A stretch of DNA of 64,000 bases from Toensbergia leucococca (lineage: Eukaryota): NCBI GenBank assembly GCA_022813965.1, contig JALDZS010000013.1:124001-188000 (forward strand). The letters are read 5' to 3'. Each line of letters begins with the position of its first letter. The stretch's first letter is position 1. The position numbers were made by a program, and so were the translations under genes. The notes below the pieces were generated by a model, which searched no databases, was not told where the DNA came from, and worked only from the letters and a program-made list of their open reading frames with translations. Below, piece by piece: positions 13,341-26,492 of the stretch.

Positions 13341-15989
13341 TGACATCGCTTTAATGGACCAAAGAATGATGAAGGACGTATGTTATAGAAAAGGTATTAG
13401 ATGATGAAAGATATGAGCTGAAAAAGGGGAAAACGGTATTGAAAAGACCATACGACGAGGGAAGGTTGCATCGCCAACTGTGGCAGTCAGCCTTCTGAAA
13501 AAAGCAAGTCAACTATTTGTGAATTATGTTAGCTATAATTGTTGTTAGCAAAGCCGGCATGATGGTACGCATCGTACGGACAAGACTTTGGGTAAATAAA
13601 ATAGTTACAAGTTTGACAGGAAGTATCAACTAAATCTATTTGGAGAAGGCAAGATCAGGACGCCATTTTCAACTATGAAGCATTAGGATTAAAGCGTTTC
13701 ATAGCCTCAACAATGCGGGAAATATATCGTTCTAATAGACGATAAGTTGAGGAGCAGAGAACTCAGAAAGCTTAGTCACTTACAAACTGGCTGAGACCTC
13801 AAAACAGGCTCGATGAGTGTTCTTGACACTGTTGTTGATAATTTATTGAAACCTCTGTCACTTCTAAAGCCTCTGTCACTCTTGCAGTACCCAGTAAGAA
13901 GGGAGAAAAGGCAGTCAAAAATAAGTGAGAGTGCTGCTGCCCCTGAAGCTTATGAAGAGTTGAAACTTTTCAATGATTGATGAGGAATAAACGGTGGTCT
14001 ACAGTCATGCGATTCAGACACACTTTTCAGGGCTTGAAACAAATTCGGAGGAACCACCCCGAAGGAGGAACAGATACTATTGAACATGAAAAAAGAGAAC
14101 AACGACTGAATGGTGTCCCTTAAAAAACCCCTGGCAACAATTATGAAGTCAATCAAGATCTCCGGGACAAGTGTGACCGAGAAGGGGTTACAGGAATCTT
14201 CAGTTCTTGTGGCAGGAGATGAGTGTGATTTCTGTGGCGGAAATCAGCACGAGGGACTGGATGAGTGTATCAACCTGAAATTCATAGCTGAAAGCTCCCA
14301 CGTCTTCACCCCTCCCACAATCTTATGAATCTAAAGAATATGCCGATCAAAATTGCGTCCCTGAATGTGGATGGCGTAGCTGACCGCAATCATTTTCCAT
14401 TCATGATCACTCAAATACTATCTGATGAGACTTCTATCCTAGATTTACAGGAGAGTCCTGAAGACAAGGGAACGGGTGAAGAGTTGGAGGATAACTTCCC
14501 TAGGGGTAGTATCCGGGGGGCCCTAGACCTGAAAGGTAGGGCTGGAGTTATTGCCCGCCTATTTGATCTACCTGTCGATTATCAGGATCCTAATGATAGA
14601 GGTCAGAACAGTGAGGATAAGTTTCATGGTAGGCAGTGCTTATGTGCTGGCCCACCTGAAGGATAGGCTCCCGTCGATTGAGGCCTTAACTGATCAGATG
14701 ACTGTCAATCTAGTCGTGGCGATTAGAACATGATTAATGACCGGCAGGATGGTCTGGCACGCAAGCTGTGCACCATTGAAGATATTGACGCCCAATAAAC
14801 TTGCACGGAGTACTAAGACTAGTCTTTCATCTAGAACATTCTAGCAGTTCGCACCTTCTATCTTCATCACCTTTAGCAATTTCACTTGCCCCTACTCATT
14901 TTTCATAGTCATAATGAGTATCTTTCATTATTTAGCTCGTCCACTTGTCAATTGGAAAAAGACCAACTCCGGAAGCAAGAGGGGTTCAAACCCCGTCAAA
15001 GATAAGTACAAATGATAAGAGTCTATGTTACATAAGAGAGGCGATAACATCAATATTCTAGAAAGAGGGATTCGAAAGGCAAAAAGAGCACGGCGAAAAG
15101 AGCAGAAAAACCCGGAAGCAGGAAGCATTCTCTACCACCGCTAGCTCTATGCTGCGAAAGTCTACGACCAACGAACCACACAACCGCGTTTTGTTAATGG
15201 ACAACGAGAGCCGACCTAATAATACACAGCGAGCTCTTAGCTGAGAAAATCCATCACCTTTTCACTCCTCTAATTTCAAGTTCAAGATTTGATTCGTAGT
15301 CCTAGGTTGAGGATTATCGTACTTGTGGATTAGTTCGACTACTGATCTATGATCTTTTCTATATAGTCGCCGGTTTGGCTACGAGAATTGACTTGTTTAT
15401 AAGATCGATCAAGCAGCTTTGAAACTATCTCAGCATCTTTGAGCTTCATATATATAATATAACCGCGATAATAGGCTATTAATGAGACAGCGCAAGCAGC
15501 AGCTTGGAAGAACAGATGCCTAGATATTGTCTGATGAGCCCTTGTTTTGCTAATAATTGAGTCAGAAAAAAGAGTATCAAAGGCCCAGCGCATTTCAGGA
15601 CGAGAATCCTCACAATTTCGACGAGATGGTGCTGGGGAGGGTCATGATCATACCCTGTAACCTCAAAAGCGAGAACTTCGTTACAGGCAGGCAAAGGCTT
15701 CCGCGCCAGGGATTGTGGATACGGACAGAAGGTACGAGGAAGGTGCTCAAGGGTGACAAAGAGCACTTACAAAGTTGAGCGCGTTGTTTCAGCTGAAGAT
15801 GCCGCTTCTGACATTGTCAAAGCTGCTGCTTAAAAGTTTATAAGGTGAATCACGAAGTCATTGCAAAGCTGATGAGCAGAAAATTATCAAACAATGACAG
15901 AGAGTATAAATGAGTATCATGATAAAATGAGGTTCACTGAGAAAGACCTCAACATTTTCCCACCCATGACGAGCACGTTCGTCCAGCCA

Positions 15990-17416
15990 TCACATTCCCA
16001 TAAAAACCGCCATCGCAATCGCCATGAAGACCCCAGCAAGCGAAGTATGGTTGCTTGTTGCGGATGAAATCTTGGAGGGTCTGTTCATGGGCGCAGGTCC
16101 AAGAGTCTTCTTGGCCGCATCAAACAAGTAGCACGCCGTCGTGATGTTTTTAGATTCAGTTTGGCTAAAGACCTGATTAGCTTGCTGCGGATCCAGTCCT
16201 GGAAATTGGCCCTTCTCTGTGAAAACCTCGAAGGCGTCAAATCCGATCGATGGCACAAGGAGTGTGAGATTCTGATAGACTTGATCCGAAGGGAGGGATG
16301 GCGGTGCAGGATTGCAAGCGGAATCGACATTGTGGACTTGCTTGATCTCAACGTCAAGCTTTGGAACATCGAGAGTAACAGCAAGCTGGACGGCGGCGCT
16401 CGCATCGAGGGCTCCTACTGAAGCAACAAAGGTTACGGAGGGTCGGAAAGAAAGCTCAATTCCGATGTCGAGGTCACTCGTGGTAGTGCTGAAAGGAATG
16501 GGCTCAAGTTTTGATTCATTGCTGCTGGACTTAGAATCTTTCAAGTACTAGACGTCATTAAGGATACTCACAATCCGAGAGACAAGGATTGATCAACATT
16601 TTCCAGATCAACGAGTATTTCAGACCCGGGTGGAACCTGTTTACTTGCATTTGCATTGGTTCGTTGAACTGTAGGTTTATGGTCTGCTTACCGAAAATTT
16701 GAAGCCGTACGTAAGATTGACATCGTTCGAGGTATTGAGCCATCCGTGGATTTCCGTATTGATAATAGCCGTGAGCGTTAGGAGGTCAAACTGTTAGATC
16801 AGTCAAGGATTATTAAGTGCACACGGTGAAGCATACTGTCCTCGATATCGTTGTTGTGTTTATGGGCACGACGAAAGCGTTGTTAGTCGTAGACGCAGTC
16901 AAGTTGATGCCAAACTCGAAAGTTGCATCAAGACTGTCGAAAGTGGCACCAACCCAGTAGTCTTCAAAATCGAAGTTCGAGGGAATCTCCGTAACATCGG
17001 AAGGGATTGAGATTTGGTCTCCAAAGATGGATCCACCGGCTGAAAGACTAACGTTGCCATTGATGGCGCAGTTGACACAATTGATGCTAAAATCCTGAGG
17101 TCTAAGAGTACTATCAATATCCCCGTTACGAAAGAAAAGTGTAGTCGTCCTCTCCAACTTACATGGTCGCAATACTGGGTACTATACTTGGAGGAAATAT
17201 TTTTCCATCAAGAGTAATGTCGATAAGGTCATAGATCTCGTCTGGCGTTGATGTACTAGTCGGCAATCCGTTACTACTAGTAGCAGTAGTAGTAGACACC
17301 GCCGCTGTTTGACTGGCTGTGCTTGGACTTGCAAGAGTCCCTTGCGGTTCTCCACAGGCAAAGATGCAGGACTTGAGAATGATCGCAAGCACGAAAGGGG
17401 CCGACTTAAAATCCAT
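15990..17416 (-). CDS. Secreted, probably GPI-anchored protein with a Cys-containing beta-rich (DUF7223-like) domain; 5 exons
   Basis: Hand-spliced exons 17416-17163, 17101-16837, 16790-16692, 16636-16572 and 16521-15990 are all GT-AG and in frame. It has a signal-like N-terminus, an S/T stretch, CVNCAING, and a hydrophobic C-terminal tail after SSA. Confidence 0.8.
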
Positions 17417-20400
17417 AGCTATACTGCAGTACTCAACTATTACCCCTGGCGTTTGTAAAATCAGTCTTAAGCAGAATAGCAGAGCGATGCGATTAAGGCT
17501 TTTGAAAACACTTTTGCAAAAGGAAAAATCCCTCGTCTCCTAATTGACTGGTTTAGACTCTCGTTTTGATGCTCTGAAGCCACGGAAACTTGTACGATTC
17601 TTTCCCTTTAAATATGGAGAGTCTTTGAGAGGTGATAGAAGAGTATTATATGGAATAAAGAGGTTCTCAGACGCAGATAGCAGCCTCTATACTCACCCTT
17701 CTTGTCAGCAGATACTCCACTATGCAGCTTGCGGTTGCTGCAAGGCGCTGCTGGGCCGCTTCCTTGCCCCCTTTTAGACCTGATTAGGAAAGACATGCGC
17801 TCCGAATTCTTGCTGAAACAACCCGCTTATCACCGAGATTTCCTATACATCAATTGCACATACAGAGGATACATGGAAAGGCCTTGCCCTAAACCTCACT
17901 GATTCCCTAACCTAGGTCTCGCACCTGGGCAAGAGTTTCTTGCCGGGGATCTGGGTGGGAGGCAGGTGGAAGCAGACCCACAGTGTATTTTTGCCCAGTG
18001 GATAGGTTCCCGTTGGGTAGGATACCTCTATCGCCACTGATATGCAAGCTCCCCACCTGATTGTATCAGCGGGGATGAATGGATCATAAGCCCGGATCAT
18101 GGCTGTGCTGGAACTGCCGCATGTTCTGTAACACCGGCGTACATTCGCAAGAACAGAATATCTCAATAGTACAAAGACAAGCCTTATGATCTACCAAGGT
18201 GGATGGGACGCCCATTATGCACGACAACGGGATTATTTATTAGACCAAGAAACGGGAGACGTTGCCCTACCACCCGCTTTCAATCTGCCGCAAAAAGGCT
18301 GTGGCGGGGTGGGAAAAAGACTTCATCGAGACACCTGCAGGTTCATCGCTCGGTAAAGGCCAACAAATTGGAGCGCTCTTAAAGAGTCTTGAATGGCATA
18401 GCCTGAATTGATGAAACGAGGTTGCAAGGCTATCAAAGGAGAGAAGAGAGCTTAATTGTTTCATCTACACTCATATTTTCGACAGCCTTGCGTGCCGGAA
18501 CGCCACCAAGCCCCGAACTCGGCGCACTGTCACACTGTCAACAAGTGAGCTTGAACCGTCCGTGGTCGATGGCATAGAACTTGTCGTGCCGCATCAGCCG
18601 CTGCGAAATGCTCGGGACAATGAACACGTAACTAAAAGTAGGTACCACCAGTGGGTGAAAACCGGCAATGATTTCTGTCATCCCCTGGCGCTATTCTAAA
18701 CCTGATTAGGCCCATCTTACGTCACGTGCTATGTTTCACTACCTTAGGAAGGCTTAGGTGAGCTCGTGAGGTCTGAACTACTACTCGTACAGTCATTATT
18801 ACGATGATAGCGTAATAAGGACTTCTTAAAGAAGCACCAAGACAGCCAGCTCAAACAAATGTATGCCAGATCGTCCGGGAATTTTCAAGCAACTGTATCG
18901 TTAGAAAATTCGAGTTATCGGGCTCTCTTTCATATGCCAGCTCCAACGGTCTCACAAAGCGTCGATCCGACCAAATCGTATCATTCATACAACGCCAACC
19001 CCAAAGTCCTTTTTCCCGCCAACAAATCTCGCCTCGGACGTCAGCTCTCAGATATAATATCCGGCGACCAGATGCCCCGCGCATTCATCGGCCGCGGTCG
19101 ATCCGCATAAGATATATATGACGGCGCAGACGATGTCGCAGACCGAAGATGCGGATTGCTCAGCGTCGATTGCGACTGCGTCACGTGGTATGGATTGTTC
19201 TCATACTCTACGAGTCTGCGAACGTGTCATTTTCGCTGATCTACGAAGAGGTCGTTGAAATGGCGTGTCAGCTTTCTATTACAATAACCTCCTTTTCCTC
19301 GCCAGTGCTCGGTTTCTAGGTTTCGATACTCCAAAAATTCATGGTTTCAGACATGCCAAACCTGGGCCCCTTTTTGCGACCCTTGACCGGAACCCACTAT
19401 CAGCTGAATCAAAGACTTTGGATTAGCATCCTCCATTTCTCGATTCAAAGGTAACGGTCCACTTCAGTTGGCCCGCCTGTGTTGAACAATCCACGTGCAC
19501 CCAAGGAAAACCCCTCGCGAGTTGGCGAGGCCACATAGCTCCACACACAAACTACCTCCAACAAGCCATCCCCAAACAGCCTTGCGTTACAGCTCCTATC
19601 ATAGAGAGGCGTACAAATTGTAAGGAACCAAAATGCCGAATAGTCAATAGACCATTTCCTTCAAAAAAACCGTCCGCCAGCCAAGGCCCCAAAACTCAAG
19701 AAAACAAGAAACAACAAAACAGTCCTGACCGCTTAAACTCCCTCATTCAGCTTACGCCATCTCGCTAAAGGTTGATAACCGCAGGATATTGTAATTCACT
19801 CTAGGAACGGCGCTGAATGTTCAAGTGCAGCTGTGACAGGCTCAAAGGTAGACACTCAGGTATTGAGATTCGGTCGTTTGATATGCTAATAGAAGATTTG
19901 AGGGGCTGAAGTCTTACATCACTGTTACTCTGACATTAACCATCAGAAAAGTAAAAATTCAAGAGCTGATCTGATCAAAAGATATAACATAAGATAAAAA
20001 TAACACTCTGACTTAAAAAATATCTGATTTATCTATAAAAAAACACATGTGTGATAGTCACAACGGGCTGACCTTTACCCCCTCACCCCTCTTTCACTTA
20101 TAATCTAGTGCTTATAAATAATCTATACTCACACTTTACAAAAAGAAGTTATTGAATTCGGAAAGAAGTTGTAGTAAAAGAAAGAATAAGTGAATGTGAA
20201 TGTGAAAGGGGGTGAGAGTTTGAGGTAATTGAAGGTGTTTACTAAGAAGGTGATCTGCTGAGAAAAAAACTGCCTCTAACACATACACATTCACAAACTA
20301 AGCAACAGGGTGAAGTTATGAAGAGTCCCTTTCTCACTCATTCACAATAGTGATGAAAGCTGAGGTGAGCTTTGCCACAGGGACAAAGATGTGTCAGCGA

Positions 20401-21218
20401 GATGTGCGTGTGCAGCTTGATTTATAGCTCTCTGAGGACTTGTGCGATGGATGGATGGGTGGGTGGATGGGTCAGATTATCTACGCTGCGGAGCGGAGGG
20501 AGGGGAGTAGTTGTTAGGTGTAGTGCTGAGATAGAAAGGGGTGCTGAGAGAAGGGGATATGAGGGATGGAGATTCGATTGTCTGGGGGTTGAGATTGAGG
20601 ATGGAGAAGTGGGATAGGGGTTTTGAAAGCTGGGTGAGTAGAGTGGTAGGAAGTTGTTCAGGTGGTTGGGAGGGAGCTGGATTTGGGGAGGTGGGAGAGG
20701 TAGTGGTTGCGGAACTGCGGTATTGGGATGTGAGTTATGGGAGGGTCTCAGTGACATATCTTGAAGGGCGTATCTTGAAGGGCTACGATTGGAAGAAGGC
20801 AGTATGATGCATGGTAAAACTTTTATAAGTAAGACTGCGTCCTCTATTACCTTTGTAGCAGGTACTTGAGCGTTAGGACGCCTGAGCTTTCTCAAAGTCC
20901 AATAGGCTGATCCATACAGGAGTGTAGGCTTCGTTTTTCAGTCGGGAATCTACCTATATCAGTGGATGCGGCATGTTATCTTGGAAACTCTAGTTGGTTT
21001 TTTGTGTAACAATGCAAAGGAGGAGACTTGGAGTTCTGCGATCGACCACTTGCAAGTGACCTGCTGCAAAAACCTTTCCAATCTAAAGGGAAAGAAAAGG
21101 ACAGACTTGGAAGTGTGGCTTGCTCTCATTAGCGGCAAGAGTAATACCGATATCGTTCCCGAACCTCGACGGTCATCCTTGATGCAAATACTCAAGGTAG
21201 ATGGATTGGCTGGATTGG

Positions 21219-22028
21219 TCATTCCTCGGACGGACGCTTCCACTTCCAATCGCAATCAAAATAGGCTCGAAAGTTCAAGTTCATCTCTTCTAAAGGTTTG
21301 ACGCATCTTGCGCGATCGATCCATTTTCCCTTATCGGGTCGGCAGCCCTTTGCCCAGAGCTGGCGGGTCTGTTGTAACATGCGGTCAGCGAAAGATGTTT
21401 CTCTGTCATGAGAGTGAAGGTGTAGGACATAGAATGGTATGTTTGAGGGGAGGCATGTATGGCTGACCAGTTCTGCCCTTGTGGGGGGCTTATACTTTTT
21501 GAACTTGTGATCGATGATCCGGCCGTTGAAAAACTTTCGGGTGGGGCGAACTTCATCGTGGGGTCGCTGTTGCTGCAGGCTTATCAGGAAATTGGCTTCC
21601 TGGTCTAGGTAGTGGTGAATCATGTTGGACGAGTAATTATGTATAGCATCGCTGTACTGCCTGAGTGCGAGAGCGATGGCAATATTGGACTCTTGGGGTG
21701 GAGTTGAGGATTGAAGGGTGCGATGGCTTTTAGCTGGGATTGGACGGAGTTTGAAGTTCTGCGGAAGAGTGGGGCGAGGTATCTTGTTGGCTGCGTTGGC
21801 GATGATAAGGTCGCCATGAGAGAAATAATTGTGCCGTCCTGGATGGATTATATACCGAGACTCAGGTGGATTAGCAAAGGTGGACGAGGGAGACTTCATA
21901 AACACTGAGAGCCTATCTGTCTCGGCGAATCTGGAAGCGTAGTCTTCTTCGTCATCATCATTGTCATGGCTCTCCCACTGGTCTTGGAGAGGTTTGAAGA
22001 AATCGCGCGAAATAATGTTGGGCGTCAT
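21219..22028 (-). CDS. Hypothetical protein (269 aa)
   Basis: Uninterrupted ORF starting at GACATG with a pyrimidine-rich region upstream on the coding strand. No family recognised. Confidence 0.55.
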   Translation of the reverse strand: MTPNIISRDFFKPLQDQWESHDNDDDEEDYASRFAETDRLSVFMKSPSSTFANPPESRYIIHPGRHNYFSHGDLIIANAANKIPRPTLPQNFKLRPIPAKSHRTLQSSTPPQESNIAIALALRQYSDAIHNYSSNMIHHYLDQEANFLISLQQQRPHDEVRPTRKFFNGRIIDHKFKKYKPPTRAELVSHTCLPSNIPFYVLHLHSHDRETSFADRMLQQTRQLWAKGCRPDKGKWIDRARCVKPLEEMNLNFRAYFDCDWKWKRPSEE

Positions 22029-23346
22029 GTCTACCTTATGCTGATGGAGGTGTGGATATGCAAAGGTAGCCTATGTATTTCTTCGGTTATGAGAGAAAGA
22101 GATAGAGAGAGAACAAGTGTGAATCAAAGATGACTGAAAATGAAGGTTGGGAGGAAGTTGGGAAGATATTGACCATGGCTTCAGATACGAGAATGTTAAT
22201 TGGAGGCTGCAGTCCATGGTTGGTCTAGTATGACTCTCGCGTGAAAGCTTGACAATAAGGTGGGAAGATTAACGTGACTGATCAGTGCAAAGTCCACTGT
22301 TGGTTCATAGCATATGAGATCTATCAAGGAAGGGGTTACTATTGTTGTCTTGTTCATCATGGAGGAACATAGACTATGGATTGATAAGTGATGGCGATGA
22401 TGTGCACGCAGGACTTGACACATTACTGTCAGTGGAACACGTTCGGGGTTCTAGCTCATAGTATAAAACTCTCTTCTGTAGTGGGTACTTCAGGTTCCCT
22501 ACTTCAACGAGGTCGAGGAGTCCATGCCATTGCGTGAAAGCAGAGCATTTTTAGGGAGATGTGACTACAGATGGTGTTTGATCACTCACATGATGACGTC
22601 AATGATATGGAATTGAACAAGGCGAATCACTCTGAATTAAGCATGAGAACAGTCAGTGTGCTGGAGGAACAGGTTGTAGTTGAAACAGTTGAAAGTTGAA
22701 ATTGTCTGTGCGACTGAAAATTTAAGGTTGTGGCTTCCGGCTCGTCTTGCCGTCACTCTATTGAAACCGGGAGAGGGCAATTGACAAATGCATCACTCAC
22801 TCTCATTGGCTCATCTCATCACTCACCTCGGAGAATTAAAACGGGTCGCGTAGATCCAATCCACCTCAGGGCCGTGGGCAGTCGAATCGTGCGCCTAAGT
22901 CACTATCAGGCTACTCTGTCTGGTGTCGTAGCTAAGCACGTAAGGTGCTTGACGGTCAGACCAAGCCACCCATTTCCTCTCCATACAAGCATCGTTGCTT
23001 TCTACTGTCGCGCCATGACTCCCCAACTATTGGGCCGCAAATGCGCTAGCACAGAATATTCGAAGCATTCTGTCCTTTCTGCTCTTGCTCTCGTCAATTG
23101 TACCTGCAGAAAGCCCCCCCGAACCTCAACCGATGCCACGCTTTACCCCAGGTTACGGAGAATTCCTGCTACGATACTCCGTAAAGCCACTGAACTAAGT
23201 CCGTCTCTACTCTAGTCCAGCCCGTTTTCATGCATCGATAGAGGGCCGAGCGAGTCCCAATCCATATAACATGTCTCCATCTGTCCCTTCAAGCCTGAAC
23301 CCTTTCTTCGGCTTGCTACAACGACAATCTATTTTCTACACTCACC

Positions 23347-24872
23347 ATGTCTATGCCAAGCCCTCAAGCGCTCACTCATGAAGAAGCCAAACTTCTGTCC
23401 GAGAATAGGGCATCTTACATCATCAGCGTGTCGATAACATTGATCGTTCTTGCTACTCTTCCTGTTGCACTACGATTATTCGCCAGATATCAGAGAAACT
23501 TATCACTGAAATCAGATGACTACATGATAGTACCTGGTTCGGTACGCTCTCTCACTCTAAAATGAAAGAGTCAGACATCTGACGGTATATTTAGTTTTGT
23601 ACAGTGGCACTATGTGTGGAGAACATCATTAGTATGGCACCAAACCCCTTCATTCATTTTCAATCTTTAATGTCTCGTCAGGCGTTCATTACGGGAACGG
23701 GAGACATGCAAATATCATTGGCATCGACGATCTTGTTCAAAATCTAAAGGTACTAAACCTTCACATCCGTATACCTGGACACTTGCCATTGACCTTGTCT
23801 TGTCTACAGATCACATACTTCCTTTCTATTTTCTACAGCTGTGCACACTTCTTTATCAAGATGTCTTTATTATTGTTGTACCGCCGAATTTTCACAACCC
23901 GCAATCAATATTTCAGGATCGCATTTTACACCACCATGGCCTACGTGTGCTGCTTGGCCTTGGCTTCACTCCTCGTTTGTAGCTTTCAATGTACGCCTAT
24001 CAATTACCTCTGGTCTCAAGCCATGCCAGGCTATGAGGGCGAGGGTCATTGTATTGCAATTCTACAAGCTCAATGGATCACAAGTTTTCTCAATACCGTA
24101 GGAGACTTTATGATCTTGGCACTTCCAACAATTATCTTATACAAAATGCGATTAATAAAACCCCGGAGGATTGGCCTGATGATTCTTTTCTGCTTCGGCA
24201 TCTTGTACGTATGAGACAGCGAAAGAACTGGATTGAGCTTCGTCACTGACGAATTTTGCGTCCAGTGCTTGCGCCTCAGGAATTGCTCGTGTTGCCATCA
24301 TCTCCAATGAACAGAAAGACATTACCTGTGAGGCTGAGTTTTTGAGTCTACGTTCGATATCGACAAAAGCTAATGGATCCACTACAGGGGAAGGCGCAGA
24401 GATCGATATATGGACAGCTATGGAGCCTACTGCTGGCATTATTTGCGCTTGCTTCCCAGTCCTGATACCCGCTTTCACTGGCGAGTTCTTCAGAGATACT
24501 TCCGATTTCAGCAGCCTAGAGGAATCCTTGCCGAAGGCCTTTGGGATGAGTCCGAAACGGATCCACGATGACAAGAAAAACCGTCAGAATAACCACAGCG
24601 GAGAAGATGACCAATTTACTGTTCTAGCGAGCAGACAAAACAGCGTCGGATACGAGATGGTAAATCATGAAATTGTGGTTCTTCCCAGCGTCGACAAGGA
24701 ATACCAATACATTGTCCGACCCGCGCCAAAGCAGTCTGTCCAAATAAGCCAAATACATGCAGGTACACCTTTCCATTTTGACGAAAAGGAAAGCAGGATC
24801 GAGCCGGCGTTTATCAGGGAGAAGACTGATATAGAGTGGATGCTGAGAAAATTTCCGTTAAGAAGGGATTGA
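23347..24872 (+). CDS. PTH11-like / fungal rhodopsin-domain integral membrane protein without CFEM; 6 exons
   Basis: Exons 23347-23541, 23595-23631, 23682-23749, 23810-24204, 24266-24327 and 24388-24872. Motifs VALRLFAR..SDDY, GRH, K.SLLLLYRRIF, CTPI.YLW, GDFMILALP and W..MEP..GIICACFP. Confidence 0.9.
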
Positions 24873-25562
24873 ATTTAATTCGGGTACTGGGGATTTTGAG
24901 ATAGCACATACCTATTCATGCAATATTCAGACAGTCATAAGTAACCTGTTTCAATACGTGGTCGAGGTATCGAGAGGCAGGGAACTGCAGTATGAGTTGC
25001 GAAGGGAGTCTTGTATTCAGCTATATCATGTCGTCGTCCCTGTACATAATTCATAGCATGAGTCTTCTTTGCTTCTGTGTCATATATCTGGTAGAAATAT
25101 GAAAGCACTACGGATACCATGGCATGACAATATTCCAAGCACACTTAGAATTGTAAATGCAGAGGAGCAATTTATCATACGGCCTTTGCTGCACACATTA
25201 ACAAAAGACAAATGTTTTGATGAAGATGTTCTTTGGCATTGGAGATTCCTCGATTTCGTATGGGCAATTTCTCTGCCGAATCGATTTTAGGTGACTAGAC
25301 CCAATGTAGTATAGATCACCGCACCCATCACTTCACATTTCAGTGGAAGCACGACGACGTCTCGACAACAAAGAAGACTTGAACCAAATCCTTCTCAATG
25401 ATAACGACTTCGAAGTCCTCTATTATTTGGAATACTAACTAGAGAAAAGTCAACCCCAAATTGAAGTCGCTGACTCTAAACGCTTGGACTCTAAAGAAAT
25501 ACAACAGACACAAAGAAAATAACCAATTCTTCAGATCATCAACATTGTTGCCTCGAACAATG

Positions 25563-26492
25563 CTAGAGATCTTTCTTCCACCAACGCAATGCTCGACCCT
25601 TTCTCTCGTTTGACCTCCCCTGCCTCTCCATTTCCAGGCGCTTTTGTCTGCGGGTTCTGTCCGCCCAATAGTTCAATCTCTTCTCCCTGGATGTGAACCT
25701 CTTCCTCCCCCTTTCTTCCGAGGAGCTCGACTCGGATTGTTGGGCACTTTGGCCCGATACTGGCTGCGAGGAACGAGAAGTGATGCTACTAGTGAGAGCA
25801 TCTACGTCGGCTTCGCCATACACCTTAAACAGGACACCAGACTCGCCAGAGCTCGATATTGAGGTGACACTTGTCGATCTCGAAGTCCTGCCTGTACTTG
25901 AAGGCGGGCTGATGCTTGTCGGTGTCCAAGTGCCGCTAGATCCTGGTGGGCTCTAATCACAATGTCAATACGGGGTACTATGAGGCAGTGTGGATCGAAT
26001 ATAAAGTGTCAAGCTTACCGGCTCATCAGGCGTACTGTCCTCCAGTAACTCCTTCATCTTTTCGCTCAACTGGGATTTCTTGCCGAGAGAAGAGCTTGTG
26101 ATGGGGAAGCTACCCACTACCCACGGATTTTCTTCGGTCGAGGTGATTGATGCGGGCTCTGCCCAAGGAGAGACATCTTCTGACATGATGAGGCCCAGAC
26201 AGAGAAGCATTGACCCAGGGAGACTAGGGGTCAATGTCGATATCGCAGGAGATGTTAAAGCTGCAGGAAGGGTTAGGGCTGACGGTGCTGTTACAGAGAG
26301 AATTGGGGGCGCCAGTGCTGCTGCAGGGATGAATGGGGCTGCCAGCGCTGCTGCTGGGAGGGTTGGAGCTACTGATGCTGCTGCAGGGATGAACGGGGCT
26401 GCCAGCACTGCTGTGGGGGGGATTGGAGCTGCCGGTGCTGGCGCGGGCAGCTGGGTACGGAAGATAGGAGCTTCGGGGTTGAAGGAAGGCAT
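25563..26492 (-). CDS. Orphan-like low-complexity protein (~287 aa, 2 exons) with PAM2-like N-terminus, Pro/Ala repeats and basic C-terminus
   Basis: Exons 26492-26019 and 25952-25563 are joined by a phase-0 GTAAGC..TAG intron, linking two ORFs of the track into one frame. CT-rich promoter-like tract upstream. Confidence 0.6.
26275..26454. repeat. Coding 30-bp tandem repeat (~6 degenerate copies; 10-aa APxxPAAAxA unit)
   Basis: Units such as ggggctgccagcgctgctgctgggagggtt and ggagctactgatgctgctgcagggatgaac start at 26305, 26335, 26365, 26395 and 26425. Confidence 0.85.

Larger units (their letters stand above)
1..15900. other. Degenerate accessory / transposon-relic block with no intact gene
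   Basis: Only short or chimeric ORFs. Reading frames are interrupted by TGA/TAG/TAA and frameshifts every few hundred bp. Recognisable fragments of unrelated families lie side by side. The right boundary is approximate (first intact gene ends at 15990). Confidence 0.8.

Noticed and set aside
14980..14996. GGGGTTCAAACCCC resembling a tRNA T-arm
   Set aside because: No acceptor stem, D-arm or anticodon arm can be built around it.
15760..15990. Possible Starship right boundary
   Set aside because: No matching left direct repeat or captain gene in the window, so it cannot be supported.
20372..20895. Pro-rich and Gly-rich ORFs on both strands
   Set aside because: Best explained by extreme G/C skew depleting stop codons.
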